Assembly (NCBI GenBank): GCA_050011875.1
Contig: JBEKIG010000013.1
Span: 4,928 to 68,927, forward strand
Source: Nitrososphaeria archaeon
GTDB lineage: Archaea; Thermoproteota; Nitrososphaeria; JACIWG01
DNA: 64,000 nucleotides
Direction of reading: 5' to 3'
Every line of letters starts with the position of its first letter. The first letter of the stretch is position 1. Shown in pieces: positions 56,701 through 64,000 of the stretch. The translations under genes and the position numbers were made by a program. The notes beneath the pieces were generated by a model that was given only the letters and a program-made list of their open reading frames with translations, was not told where the DNA came from and searched no databases.

Positions 56701-57233
56701 CCAACCAGATTAGGCCAATGCCAAGAAAGGCCCACCTGATACCAATACCCCGTATCAGTAAGGCCATCCAGATCGTAGCCCGGTCCGTATCCGTTGCTGT
56801 CCGACTGAGCCACAGCGGTGACGTTGTAGGCCATACTTGTGAAGTTCTGGGTGAAAGTTAACCCCAGCTGCTCGTCGTAAATCGCGGATGGTTGATTCTC
56901 AACCGGGTAATCCTGGTTGTTTACAGTAGACAGCTCCAAACCAGCCAATCGATGGCCTTGCGATTGACCCGCCGGAGAATCAGAGCTGAAAGATTCTGGT
57001 ACGTTTTGACGACACAACGAGCAAGAGTAAGATCCATCCGAACCCAGTCCAGTTGAAATGTTAACACCACCTGAAGAGGGATTAATGACGGAGGAAGTTG
57101 CTCCAAAAACGCCAACATGAGGCGCTGTCCAACCAAGAGCGACAAGCATTACAATTAACAGAATGCAGAAACCTAATCCCTTGGTAATCCTTCGAACTGG
57201 GCAACCATGAATCTTAATCAAAGCCAGTTTCAA
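53757..57233 (-). CDS. 1158-aa C-terminally anchored, repeat-rich surface protein with an N-terminal concanavalin-like (thermopsin/eqolisin-like?) domain
   Basis: N-terminal signal or anchor, a ~190-aa domain (aa ~125-310), seven tandem ~84-86-aa modules, two InlB-B-repeat-like modules (...GGWQFELWNGSG..., ...FKFDGWSGATS...), then a C-terminal TM helix and basic tail. Visibly G+C-rich. Start codon uncertain (TTG in the track). Confidence 0.85.
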   Translation of the reverse strand: MKLALIKIHGCPVRRITKGLGFCILLIVMLVALGWTAPHVGVFGATSSVINPSSGGVNISTGLGSDGSYSCSLCRQNVPESFSSDSPAGQSQGHRLAGLELSTVNNQDYPVENQPSAIYDEQLGLTFTQNFTSMAYNVTAVAQSDSNGYGPGYDLDGLTDTGYWYQVGLSWHWPNLVGGYASGFSMNYEVFDPSGNSIYPASGVGLSSFSGTVKQGDTVLLNLFFSGGNVVMQAYDYNTGAGAVKMFNQEGSSVFVGLASSPENSNGFFTGLMTEWWHSSAYYGEEANVTYWENDFAKSSAWMWMEEWVPSTGQTLFVASTSGPVVYTVPKTLQYLSSHNATEASDSYLFITGYSPATVNVNYSVQGGGSGYSPPFFIYYSGGIQHIIQLSTNSTTYYMDSGSPWSVNGLLQGSTSIEIWDTQNKTSGTAPTNGTTLNFVYFHQFRVSFLYAVANGGSGYSQPSMNVSEFGSSVSITPGFLAFVDAGSLYSFQNPLPGSYVNERWATKSPTGMVNSSTLFSATYYHQYRLTSGYTTVGGRGPTAPSLALTQFGSAAAVSLSGSPTAYWSDVGQLWSVSNPLQRSSSVQRWYTQDVTSGTVSAAQSVLFTYYDQYYVLFGFNIMNSNQSGYTAPTVSYTKFGSQSQGVANFTDWTDASSSYSFTGLLSGSNSNTRWMATNETSGTVSGSVVVVPYYFQVAWTLAYSVSGGGSPAVPLLSGLQNGVAFSPTITSIPTAYWFDYGSSWSVTNPLSSSNSSERWITSQTDAGAVSGPTTATFQYYHQFDISVGYVINGGGNPTSPLLSGTAFGVSAAFPINATLSSNWLDAGTSFSLPNPLQGSGSSERWYTNSSSSGSVNAAVSMTLVYYHQYTIVYSYSVSGGGNPGSLELNFSSLGSPSTSLIGVTQGTAWADSGSTFSFASVAYASSNERWSVLAQATTGSVSSAVVLSPFYYHQYYVKVLSNSQQGGFVSPLTDWFNSSEQVQLSAASNGGWQFELWNGSGVGSYGGVSNPFTVTVKDPIVESAAFYPGLSVVSSSFGSVSYSSASLAGKVGGASNRTLFVPLGSTVQLAASPAFFLFKFDGWSGATSSSETEVSVVVNSAESVQASFSINWVYTSILIVIILAVILAVIVILWRVVLPRRKAGKHDRVRIDHPKTS
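54381..56168 (-). repeat. seven tandem ~84-86-aa protein modules inside 53757-57233
   Basis: The modules begin near aa 359, 440, 524, 610, 694, 780 and 866. Each has YY(H/F/D)Q(Y/F)...GG(G/S)...P...W.D.GS..S...PL......(E/Q/T)RW......G.V. Confidence 0.8.
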
Positions 57234-57516
57234 CCTTCTCCTTACGCATCGGCATGTATTATAGCTTTCTCCAAGTTTTTCATATTTTAAGTATGGATTA
57301 TTTAAATTTGAACTCGGGAATAGGTCTAATCATTTCTGAAGTGAACTTTTATGAACCCATTACTTTGTGAGCGTTCATCTCATGCTATAGTCTTTAAAAC
57401 TGAATATTTATTCGATGTGGTAATATAACGCTAATGGGTTTACTCTGTTTATGGAGCTTCCACATCTTTAACCAGTTCTATGATAGGCTTCCAAAGACCT
57501 TCCGAACGCTCTGTTT

Positions 57517-58311
57517 TTATGCCAACACGTTTGATGGGCTTGAGCGGTTCTCAGGGTTTTTGCGCAGTTCTCTTGTTGTAAACCACGCTACAATTACAGA
57601 AATCAGGGATAACGCAAAAACTAAAGCTTCAAAACCGAGTAGTGTGAAACTCTGAGCAAAGGGAACCAAGAAATCTACAAAACCCATGGGGAGGGCGAGT
57701 AGTAAATAACGCTTCTTATTGACATAGGCAGACATTATGCAAAGGTAGCCCCATGCGAAATGAAAAAAGGTCGAGGAGATCCTCTCAACAACACCCAGGG
57801 CCATCGTTCCAATTACTTGGGAAGCGGGAGAAAAAAGTCCAGGTGAACTCTCGACTAACTGAGCATAAACGGTCTGTGCTAGTGGTGTATTTGTGGAGAG
57901 GATAATGTAATAAGCCACAAGATTAATTATTGGAAGCACACCGAGCAGGACAACGTTTTCCCAAAAAGCCAACCCTAAACCATATGCCTCGGCGTCTTTC
58001 CCCGTAAGCATGCCGCGAGAAATCACATACCGTGCGACTAGGTAAGCGCCTCCAACCTCAAAAACAACAGTTTGGAGACCCACGTATATCCCATAACCAA
58101 CGCTTTGCGCACCAAAATACCCCACAACTTTTGAGGCAGTCGGTATTTGCACTGCGTACTTAAGGGCTATAGCACCGCCATATGCTAATAGCGAGTAGAG
58201 GAAGACAAGCCCCCTAAAGCTACGTTTATAGCGCCAGTACACAACCAAACCCGAAGTAATTAAGATGACAATCAAGGGCTGAAGGATATACAAAATATCG
58301 ATATTTTGCAT
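57517..58311 (-). CDS. seven-TM membrane protein, hypothetical
   Basis: 264-aa hydrophobic ORF. No confident family assignment. Confidence 0.55.
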   Translation of the reverse strand: MQNIDILYILQPLIVILITSGLVVYWRYKRSFRGLVFLYSLLAYGGAIALKYAVQIPTASKVVGYFGAQSVGYGIYVGLQTVVFEVGGAYLVARYVISRGMLTGKDAEAYGLGLAFWENVVLLGVLPIINLVAYYIILSTNTPLAQTVYAQLVESSPGLFSPASQVIGTMALGVVERISSTFFHFAWGYLCIMSAYVNKKRYLLLALPMGFVDFLVPFAQSFTLLGFEALVFALSLISVIVAWFTTRELRKNPENRSSPSNVLA

Positions 58312-58418
58312 AAACTACGTTACTTTGGCTTAGTTTTAAAAACTTTCATTGCAAAGGCGCAAGGGACATAAGAATTTCAGTTTTTGTAGGCTATAATAAT
58401 CTAAACATTAAATGAAGC

Positions 58419-59396
58419 TTAAATTCTAAGTCTAACATTTTGATCTTTAAGAAACTTGTTAAGCTCCTCCTTAAAAGGCAAAGCTGTTATTGCACCCCGT
58501 TTAGTAACTACAAATGCACCGACCGCGTTGGCAATTTTGACACAATCTTCCAACCCCAACTTTTTAATTAATCCGACAAGCAATCCCGCATTCCAACCGT
58601 CGCCAGCACCGGTTGTATCGATAACATTGACTTTATAGGGGGGTGCAAAAACTTCAACTCCATCTTTTGACCTAATCAACGCTCCTTTTGCGCCTAATTT
58701 TACTCCCACTATCTCAACACCAAATTCTAGGGCCCTTTCTGCAGCTTCTTTCGGCTCTTTGGTTTTGAACATGAACTCTGCCTCTTCACTTGAAAAGGTC
58801 GCTATGTCAGCCATTTTAAGCACATGGTTATACATCTTTCTGATTGAAAGCTGAGAGTTCCAAACATCCGATCTGAGGGTTGGGTCAAATGAAATTTTCA
58901 CTCCTTGCTCTTTAGCGAATCTGATAGCCCCAAGAATAGCCGTTCTAGAAGGGTTCTGGGAAAGTGCAAAACCTGATATGTGCAATATCTTCGATCTTGA
59001 AATATATTTGTGATCTATATCTTTAGTCGTTAATGCACTATCGGCTGTCCCTCCTGCCCAAGGCTTCCTATAGAAGAAAAACGTTCTTTCACCAGTAACA
59101 GGTTCATTGATGACAAACGCCAAGGTCGTACGTTTTCCCTTTTTCATGATTACATGAGATGTGTCAACATTATTTCGCTTGAATTCCTTTATTATATATT
59201 CACCAAAAGGATCTTCTCCCACTGCTGCCACAGCACCAGCTTTTACACCTAATCTTGCTACACCTACAATCGTGTTCATAGGAGCACCTCCAAAACATTT
59301 GATGAAGGTAGAAGCTTCTGTATAGTGAACTGGTTCAGATGCGATAAAGTCTATTAAAACTTCACCCAATCCGATTACTTCAGGATAGGTCGACAT
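58419..59396 (-). CDS. PfkB family sugar/keto-deoxy-sugar-acid kinase
   Basis: N-terminal GLGEVLIDF...GGAPMN and C-terminal DTTGAGDGWNAGLL PfkB signatures. 325 aa. Confidence 0.85.
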   Translation of the reverse strand: MSTYPEVIGLGEVLIDFIASEPVHYTEASTFIKCFGGAPMNTIVGVARLGVKAGAVAAVGEDPFGEYIIKEFKRNNVDTSHVIMKKGKRTTLAFVINEPVTGERTFFFYRKPWAGGTADSALTTKDIDHKYISRSKILHISGFALSQNPSRTAILGAIRFAKEQGVKISFDPTLRSDVWNSQLSIRKMYNHVLKMADIATFSSEEAEFMFKTKEPKEAAERALEFGVEIVGVKLGAKGALIRSKDGVEVFAPPYKVNVIDTTGAGDGWNAGLLVGLIKKLGLEDCVKIANAVGAFVVTKRGAITALPFKEELNKFLKDQNVRLRI

Positions 59397-59408
59397 TACT
59401 AAATAAAT

Positions 59409-59933
59409 CTACGGAATATTATATAATACTATATAATAGACCCCTGAAGCAGTTTGGATCTTTATTTCGACGGTCTGTCCTGCGATAAATGCCTTAACAT
59501 TTCCACTATCAGGGAAAGAAACGACAATCTGACCGGAGGCTCCTTGAGGCACATAAATATTTGACATGGGTTTACCATTTACTGTTGCAGTATTCCAGAA
59601 AATGTTCAAAGTTTTCTCATTAATGAATATATTTTCAATGGCGATATTGGTAGATCCTGAGTTCTGATAGCTGACCGTTATAGTGTAGTTATTTGTGTTG
59701 CGATTGATAAATGCGTTTGTTGTTTCAAGTTCCTCGAATCTTATTGATGTCTTATTTGTGTTTGTTAAGTTTCCGGTTAATGTTACTGTTACGGTAACTG
59801 TTTCACTAACAGTAGTTGTTAAAGTTTGAACTCCCTGAGTATAAAAGTATCCAACTATACCAGTTAAGACGACAACTACTATAACGAGAATACCTACGAC
59901 GCCATATACGACCCTTGGAAAATGCGAACTCAT
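59409..59933 (-). CDS. signal-anchored surface protein, third member of the MSEYK-family C-terminal domain
   Basis: Start taken at the ATG at 59933 (MSSHFPRVVYGVVGILVIVVVVL...). LETTNAFINRNTNNYTITVSYQNSGSTNIAIENIFINEKTL aligns with LEITNAYANSTTQVVVSVMNTGSTDQTITGILVNGKSL of 9996-10829. The upstream 80 codons in the track look non-coding. Confidence 0.55.
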   Translation of the reverse strand: MSSHFPRVVYGVVGILVIVVVVLTGIVGYFYTQGVQTLTTTVSETVTVTVTLTGNLTNTNKTSIRFEELETTNAFINRNTNNYTITVSYQNSGSTNIAIENIFINEKTLNIFWNTATVNGKPMSNIYVPQGASGQIVVSFPDSGNVKAFIAGQTVEIKIQTASGVYYIVLYNIP

Positions 59934-60414
59934 ATCTAAGTTTAAAATTAGTTTATGTTCTATAAAAGCATAAAGATCAGGTAACGATATAATTTTAAAA
60001 TTAACTTTAAATAAAACAATAAACCGCTTAATTGCGATCTTATGCCTAATACAGAGGTTGAAGACAACCAAAAACCTGTGAAAAATAGGAAATCTGAAAA
60101 ACAAGAAGAAAGTTGGGAAAAAAAGATGGAGGATACAGAAGAGGACGAAGGAACTGAGGCAGAGGATTCCCAAGAATTTGAAGAATCAGTTGAAGAAAAT
60201 GAACGCATAGAAGAAGAAAAAGAATAGATTGAGAAAGCTTGAAATAATAGAAAAAGTAGAAATGTGAATTGACGCAATCTAAAGAAATATTCAGAGACTA
60301 CCTAGAAGACTAGAATCCTATTAATTTCACATTGGGGCATACCAACCGGATTACATGAGCTATTACTTTCTATCCAAAACTACCTTCTTGGCAGTTATAT
60401 GCTCTATCTTATCA

Positions 60415-61557
60415 TTATTCGGTTATACATGCTCTGTCAAAGTTGGTCAGAGACCTTCCTCCAGTCTTTGTTATAGTGCAGACATCTTCAACCCTAACTG
60501 CTCCCACGCCTTTCTTGCCTGTACCGACTGCTAATGTAAAGGTCATGCCGGGTTCCATCATCCATTCATTTATGAATCCATTTTCTTCAAACTGTATGCC
60601 TATACCATGTCCATATAATAGTGATGGCAGTGCTCCTACAAGTTCTTCGTTAACTGACTTTGCGGCCTTAAGTATCTCTGATCCTTTGACCCCTGGCTTC
60701 ATAACTTTCATCGCAGCTTCATGCGCTTCTTTTGCTACCTCAAGCAGTTCTCTTTGTTCATTTGGGATCTTTCCAAATCCTATTCCTCTGTCAAGATCAC
60801 AACAGTAACCCTGATATCTTGGTGTCACATGAAATTCGAGCATTGTTCCCTTCCTTATAGGAACGTCTCTAGCCTTTCCAAGCATTGTCTCCTCATACTT
60901 TCCGCCCATAACCAAAATATCAGAATTGACCTGATCAGCTCCATAACTTATCGCAGATACTATTATCTCTCTTGCAATCTCCGACTCCATCTTACCAGGT
61001 TTAAGGATGGTTTCAGTTATATCTTCATATACCCTATCGGCTATTGCACCAGCTTTTTCAAGAAGTTTAACCTCTTTTTCATCCTTGATGATCCTCATCG
61101 AATCAGGGATCCTTGAGTCGATCATCTCACCCATTGCTTCTTTGATTGATGTGTAGATTGGATATGGTACTATGTCTTTGCCAGTAAAAGCTATCCTCTT
61201 CAGCCCTTTTTTTTCCTTTAATCCTTTTAGAGTACTCAAGGATTTACTCCAAGGCTCAAGCCTTATCCAAGGTTGATCTTCTATAGGTTCTACCTCCAAA
61301 GTAATGGAATCTACAAAACCATCTGGGACAAAATAAATTGGTTCACCATCAATTGGTATAGTGAGAAGAGAGAAGGGCCCATATGGCGCCTCATAGTCTG
61401 TGTTAAGCGCTGCAAAGGGAGATAGCCCCGCAAAATATCTGAAGTTTCCATCCCTCCAGGAATCTCCATATATAATCAAGAAATCTATTCCATCTTTCTT
61501 CATCCTTCTTTTTGCTTCCTCTATTCTTCTAAGATAATCGTCCTTTGATATTGACAT
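60415..61557 (-). CDS. M24 family metallopeptidase (Xaa-Pro dipeptidase/creatinase-like)
   Basis: 380 aa from the ATG at 61557. A creatinase-like N-domain is followed by a pita-bread domain with ...YQGYCCDLDR..., ...GHGIGIQFEE... and ...VRVEDV.... Confidence 0.8.
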   Translation of the reverse strand: MSISKDDYLRRIEEAKRRMKKDGIDFLIIYGDSWRDGNFRYFAGLSPFAALNTDYEAPYGPFSLLTIPIDGEPIYFVPDGFVDSITLEVEPIEDQPWIRLEPWSKSLSTLKGLKEKKGLKRIAFTGKDIVPYPIYTSIKEAMGEMIDSRIPDSMRIIKDEKEVKLLEKAGAIADRVYEDITETILKPGKMESEIAREIIVSAISYGADQVNSDILVMGGKYEETMLGKARDVPIRKGTMLEFHVTPRYQGYCCDLDRGIGFGKIPNEQRELLEVAKEAHEAAMKVMKPGVKGSEILKAAKSVNEELVGALPSLLYGHGIGIQFEENGFINEWMMEPGMTFTLAVGTGKKGVGAVRVEDVCTITKTGGRSLTNFDRACITE

Positions 61558-61821
61558 AATCTTTCTTTTCCGTCTCCAATATTTAAATCTTAAATTTGAC
61601 ATTAATCTTAATTTCAATTTGGATAGCCCAAAAAGGTAGGTGAATGAAAAGAGAAGTCGCCAAAATTATGAGATAGATTAACAATAAATAACGAAGACTT
61701 GAAGAAGATAGTTTTAAAACGTCTGTCGCATATATCATTATAAGTTAATGCAATATCTGAAAAAGTCATGCAATTAGAACACCGAAAATCAACCATTTAT
61801 ATTATTGTAAGAAGATAAAAG

Positions 61822-62079
61822 TTGATGCATGGTCCGGAACACCATTTTCTGGTCCCGGCAGTCCTTTTATCCTCTTTCTGGTCCCGATGTCCTGATGACG
61901 GCGTTGGGCGTAGGATTCGCTTTGGTTCGTGGGGAGCGACTCTTCTTATCCTTACCATCGTCGGGGTCGCACTCGGCTATCACATCCACGTCGAGGAGAC
62001 GCTGCTCGTCTCTGAATTCGGCGACGAATATATCCAGTATTCAAAGCAGACAAAGAAATTGATACCATTGTTGTTATAG
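61822..62079 (+). pseudogene. C-terminal relic of an isoprenylcysteine carboxyl/phospholipid methyltransferase (ICMT/PEMT) family gene
   Basis: ...GSWGATLLILTIVGVALGYHIHVEETLLVSEFGDEYIQYSKQTKKLIPLLL matches the family tail (EE..L...FG.eY..Y...t..liP). The preceding ...GPDVLMTALGVGFAL... is in a different frame. It has no N-terminal half and is G+C-rich relative to its flanks. Confidence 0.5.
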
Positions 62080-62144
62080 AACATTGGGTAGAGCGATTTT
62101 CACTCCTATGACCCTCGTCACCCCACCAGTAAAGAAGTCGGCTG

Positions 62145-63011
62145 CTAGGGTATTTCAGCTCGTGGGAAAAGGGGTTTATATGTAGAAGCTTTTAGCAGTA
62201 GCTCTTGTTGTTCTTTCTTGTTCATCGGGGTATAGCGTTCAGCGGCATCTATCATCATCTTGGCTATTCTGATATCAGAGGAACTGGCCGCTGTAGTTAC
62301 GTACTGGGATAATGTAAACCATAGGGCTTCATCAACCTCTTTCTGAGTGTCAAAGGGTTGATACCAGCAGTTATAAGTTCTCTCATCAGTGGGCCAAGGC
62401 TTCTTCACAACCGACTTCATGGCTATTACCCCAAGGTTTCTCTTCTTGGCTAGGGCGAGTACTGGTTCGTAATCATTCTTTGGTTCAGGATGGGCATGTA
62501 GAACGTAGTTGACAGGAAGTAGAACTGTATCGAAGTCAAAGCTTTTAAGTGCTTTCATAATGTTTTCAGGATTGTGACTAGTTATACCAATGTACTTAAC
62601 CAAGCCCTGCTTCTTAGCATCTAGTATAGCTCTTATTGCACCGTCCTTGCTTAACGCAATTTCGAGTTCTTCTGGATCATCGAGTCCATGCAGTTGATAG
62701 AGGTCAAAGTAGTCGGTCTGAAGGTTCTTTAGACTTCTACTGAACTCGTCCGCAGCCTCTTTTTTTGTCCTCTTCTCTGTCTTACACGCAATGAATAGAT
62801 TTTTACGGTATTCCTTAACCCATTTGCCTAGAATACGTTCTGCCTCACCGCTGCCATATGTGGGTGCTACATCGATGTGATTCACCCCGTAATCTAAAGC
62901 CAGTTTAATAAAAGCGTCTGATTCTTTGCGGGTAGTTGGGCGTACGCTTGCGCCACCTAAAGTAATTAACGTACTTTTATGTCCCGTCCTTCCTAGGATT
63001 CTCTTCTCCAT
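62145..63011 (-). CDS. aldo/keto reductase family oxidoreductase (third, distinct AKR)
   Basis: MEKRILGRTGHKSTLITLGGASV..., ...HIDVAPTYG... and ...DYFDLYQLHGLD.... 288 aa. Confidence 0.85.
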   Translation of the reverse strand: MEKRILGRTGHKSTLITLGGASVRPTTRKESDAFIKLALDYGVNHIDVAPTYGSGEAERILGKWVKEYRKNLFIACKTEKRTKKEAADEFSRSLKNLQTDYFDLYQLHGLDDPEELEIALSKDGAIRAILDAKKQGLVKYIGITSHNPENIMKALKSFDFDTVLLPVNYVLHAHPEPKNDYEPVLALAKKRNLGVIAMKSVVKKPWPTDERTYNCWYQPFDTQKEVDEALWFTLSQYVTTAASSSDIRIAKMMIDAAERYTPMNKKEQQELLLKASTYKPLFPRAEIP

Positions 63012-63531
63012 TTTAACTCAATTATAAATTATTGTAAAATACTATTTAAATTTTTATTTTTTTATCATTTACTACTTTTCCCATGCTTAAATGGGTGTTT
63101 TTCGGGCTATTTTGCGGGTTTAAACCCTTTTTCTGGCTTATTTGGACAGGGAACACCCAAAACAAGCCCATCTCCAATATTTGGTTGGACAAGTATTATT
63201 TTTAAATATATTTTTAAATAAGAATTCTGAATTATGAAGGTAGATGTACCAAGATTGGAAGAGCTTGGTTACATCATACCAGATGAAAAAGTTATCATAG
63301 AAAGTTATTCACTTTTGTAGCAATCAGCACATATTGAAATGTTTGACAAAAAAAAGGTCTAGATATCAAAATATAAAAACTTGATTTTGATAAAATTGAT
63401 GTCTCCTTCAAAAAGAATATTCCAAATATAAGCCCAAGTCATATGTTCAAGGAAAAACAATTCATCGCCGTCAACAAAGACTTAAAGCAAGCTATTTTCT
63501 AGGTATACTAAAGAAAAAAGGAGTGAACGAA

Positions 63532-63867
63532 ATGGGTTTTAGAGATAGACGAAGTTCTAACCGCGCGCGCAGTCCTAGAGGTAGGTATGGTTTTGATCGC
63601 AGCTCCATAGAGATGCATAAAAGTGTTTGCGCTGACTGTGGTAAGGAATGTGAAGTTCCATTCAAGCCAACAGGAGATCGCCCTGTCTACTGCAAAGAGT
63701 GCTGGGCTAAGAGAAGACCGCCAAGAACAGAAGACCGCCATCGAGGAGAATATCCCAGAGAAGACCGTCAGAGAAGACCTTCACTGGCTCCAGAAAATGT
63801 TGATCTCCAAATTTTGGCTGAGTTAAAACGTATTCGGGAGCTTCTAGAGAAGGGGAGGCCTAACTGA
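63532..63867 (+). CDS. CxxC-x17-CxxC zinc-finger protein with Arg-rich flanks
   Basis: CADCGKECEVPFKPTGDRPVYCKECW has exactly 17 residues between the two CxxC pairs. ggag lies 8 nt upstream of the ATG at 63532. Confidence 0.7.
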   Translation: MGFRDRRSSNRARSPRGRYGFDRSSIEMHKSVCADCGKECEVPFKPTGDRPVYCKECWAKRRPPRTEDRHRGEYPREDRQRRPSLAPENVDLQILAELKRIRELLEKGRPN

Positions 63868-64000
63868 GAGGCGGAAACGATGTCGCATCAAGTACACGAT
63901 AAAGAATCTTCAGGTTAATAGCAAGCTAAATTTAAATTTTTATCATTTTGTGATTGATTACCCAAAATGAATGTAACAAACCGCTATCTAGCACGCCTAA

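Noticed and set aside
57517-58311. Idea that this 7-TM protein is a YhfC-type or CPBP-type intramembrane protease
   Set aside because: I could not find the expected EExxR / HxxxH-type motifs. Only a vague ...ERISSTFFHFAWG... resemblance is present.
63364-63392. 9-bp perfect inverted repeat tatcaaaat / attttgata with an 11-nt spacer
   Set aside because: It is pure A/T sequence in an AT-rich spacer, so a match of this size is plausibly chance. No second copy or gene-proximal position supports a function.
1-64000. Search for rRNA, tRNA, CRISPR arrays and intact mobile elements
   Set aside because: I saw no cloverleaf-like GC-rich ~75-nt islands, no rRNA-like segments, no regularly spaced direct repeats with unique spacers, and no intact transposase or integrase gene. 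This was eye inspection only. tRNAscan-SE, Infernal and a CRISPR finder should confirm it.

Overview
The window looks like an archaeal chromosomal segment. It is AT-rich by eye, with a few visibly more G+C-rich genes. Evidence for an archaeal origin: TATA-like boxes about 27-35 nt upstream of start codons with little or no leader, a solute-binding protein held by an N-terminal anchor plus a Thr-rich linker, DUF996 and GYD proteins, an MJ1226-type P-type H+-ATPase, and many signal-anchored Thr-linker surface proteins. I found no rRNA, tRNA or CRISPR array.

Content falls into four groups:
(1) An envelope and regulator-rich accessory region (about 3.5-16.4 kb), bracketed by a 1.1-kb direct duplication of an aldo/keto reductase gene.
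(2) A large carbohydrate island (about 21-50 kb and 58-63 kb). It holds galK-galT, two FucI-like isomerases, an enolase-superfamily dehydratase, an HpcH aldolase, a PanE-like reductase, GH31, a CUT2-like sugar ABC transporter, an RraA-like protein, a PfkB kinase, an MBL lactonase-like protein and further AKRs.
(3) Metal and ion genes: a CDF transporter, arsC and the H+-ATPase.
(4) A 1158-aa repeat-rich surface protein.

The best candidate for an undescribed system is a module present twice (9.4-11.8 kb and 51.1-53.2 kb). Each copy has a 140-aa membrane-tethered winged-helix regulator, divergently paired with a signal-anchored Thr-linker protein (the MSEYK family) and a translationally coupled second surface protein. 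Both intergenic regions carry the same inverted-repeat box, TTCTAA-AA-TTAGAA, at conserved spacing. A third MSEYK-family gene lies at 59.4 kb.

The window also shows marked gene decay: two frameshifted sugar genes (GH31 and PanE-like) and at least five short gene relics hidden in the spacers. All family calls come from motif recognition by eye and were not checked against any database.
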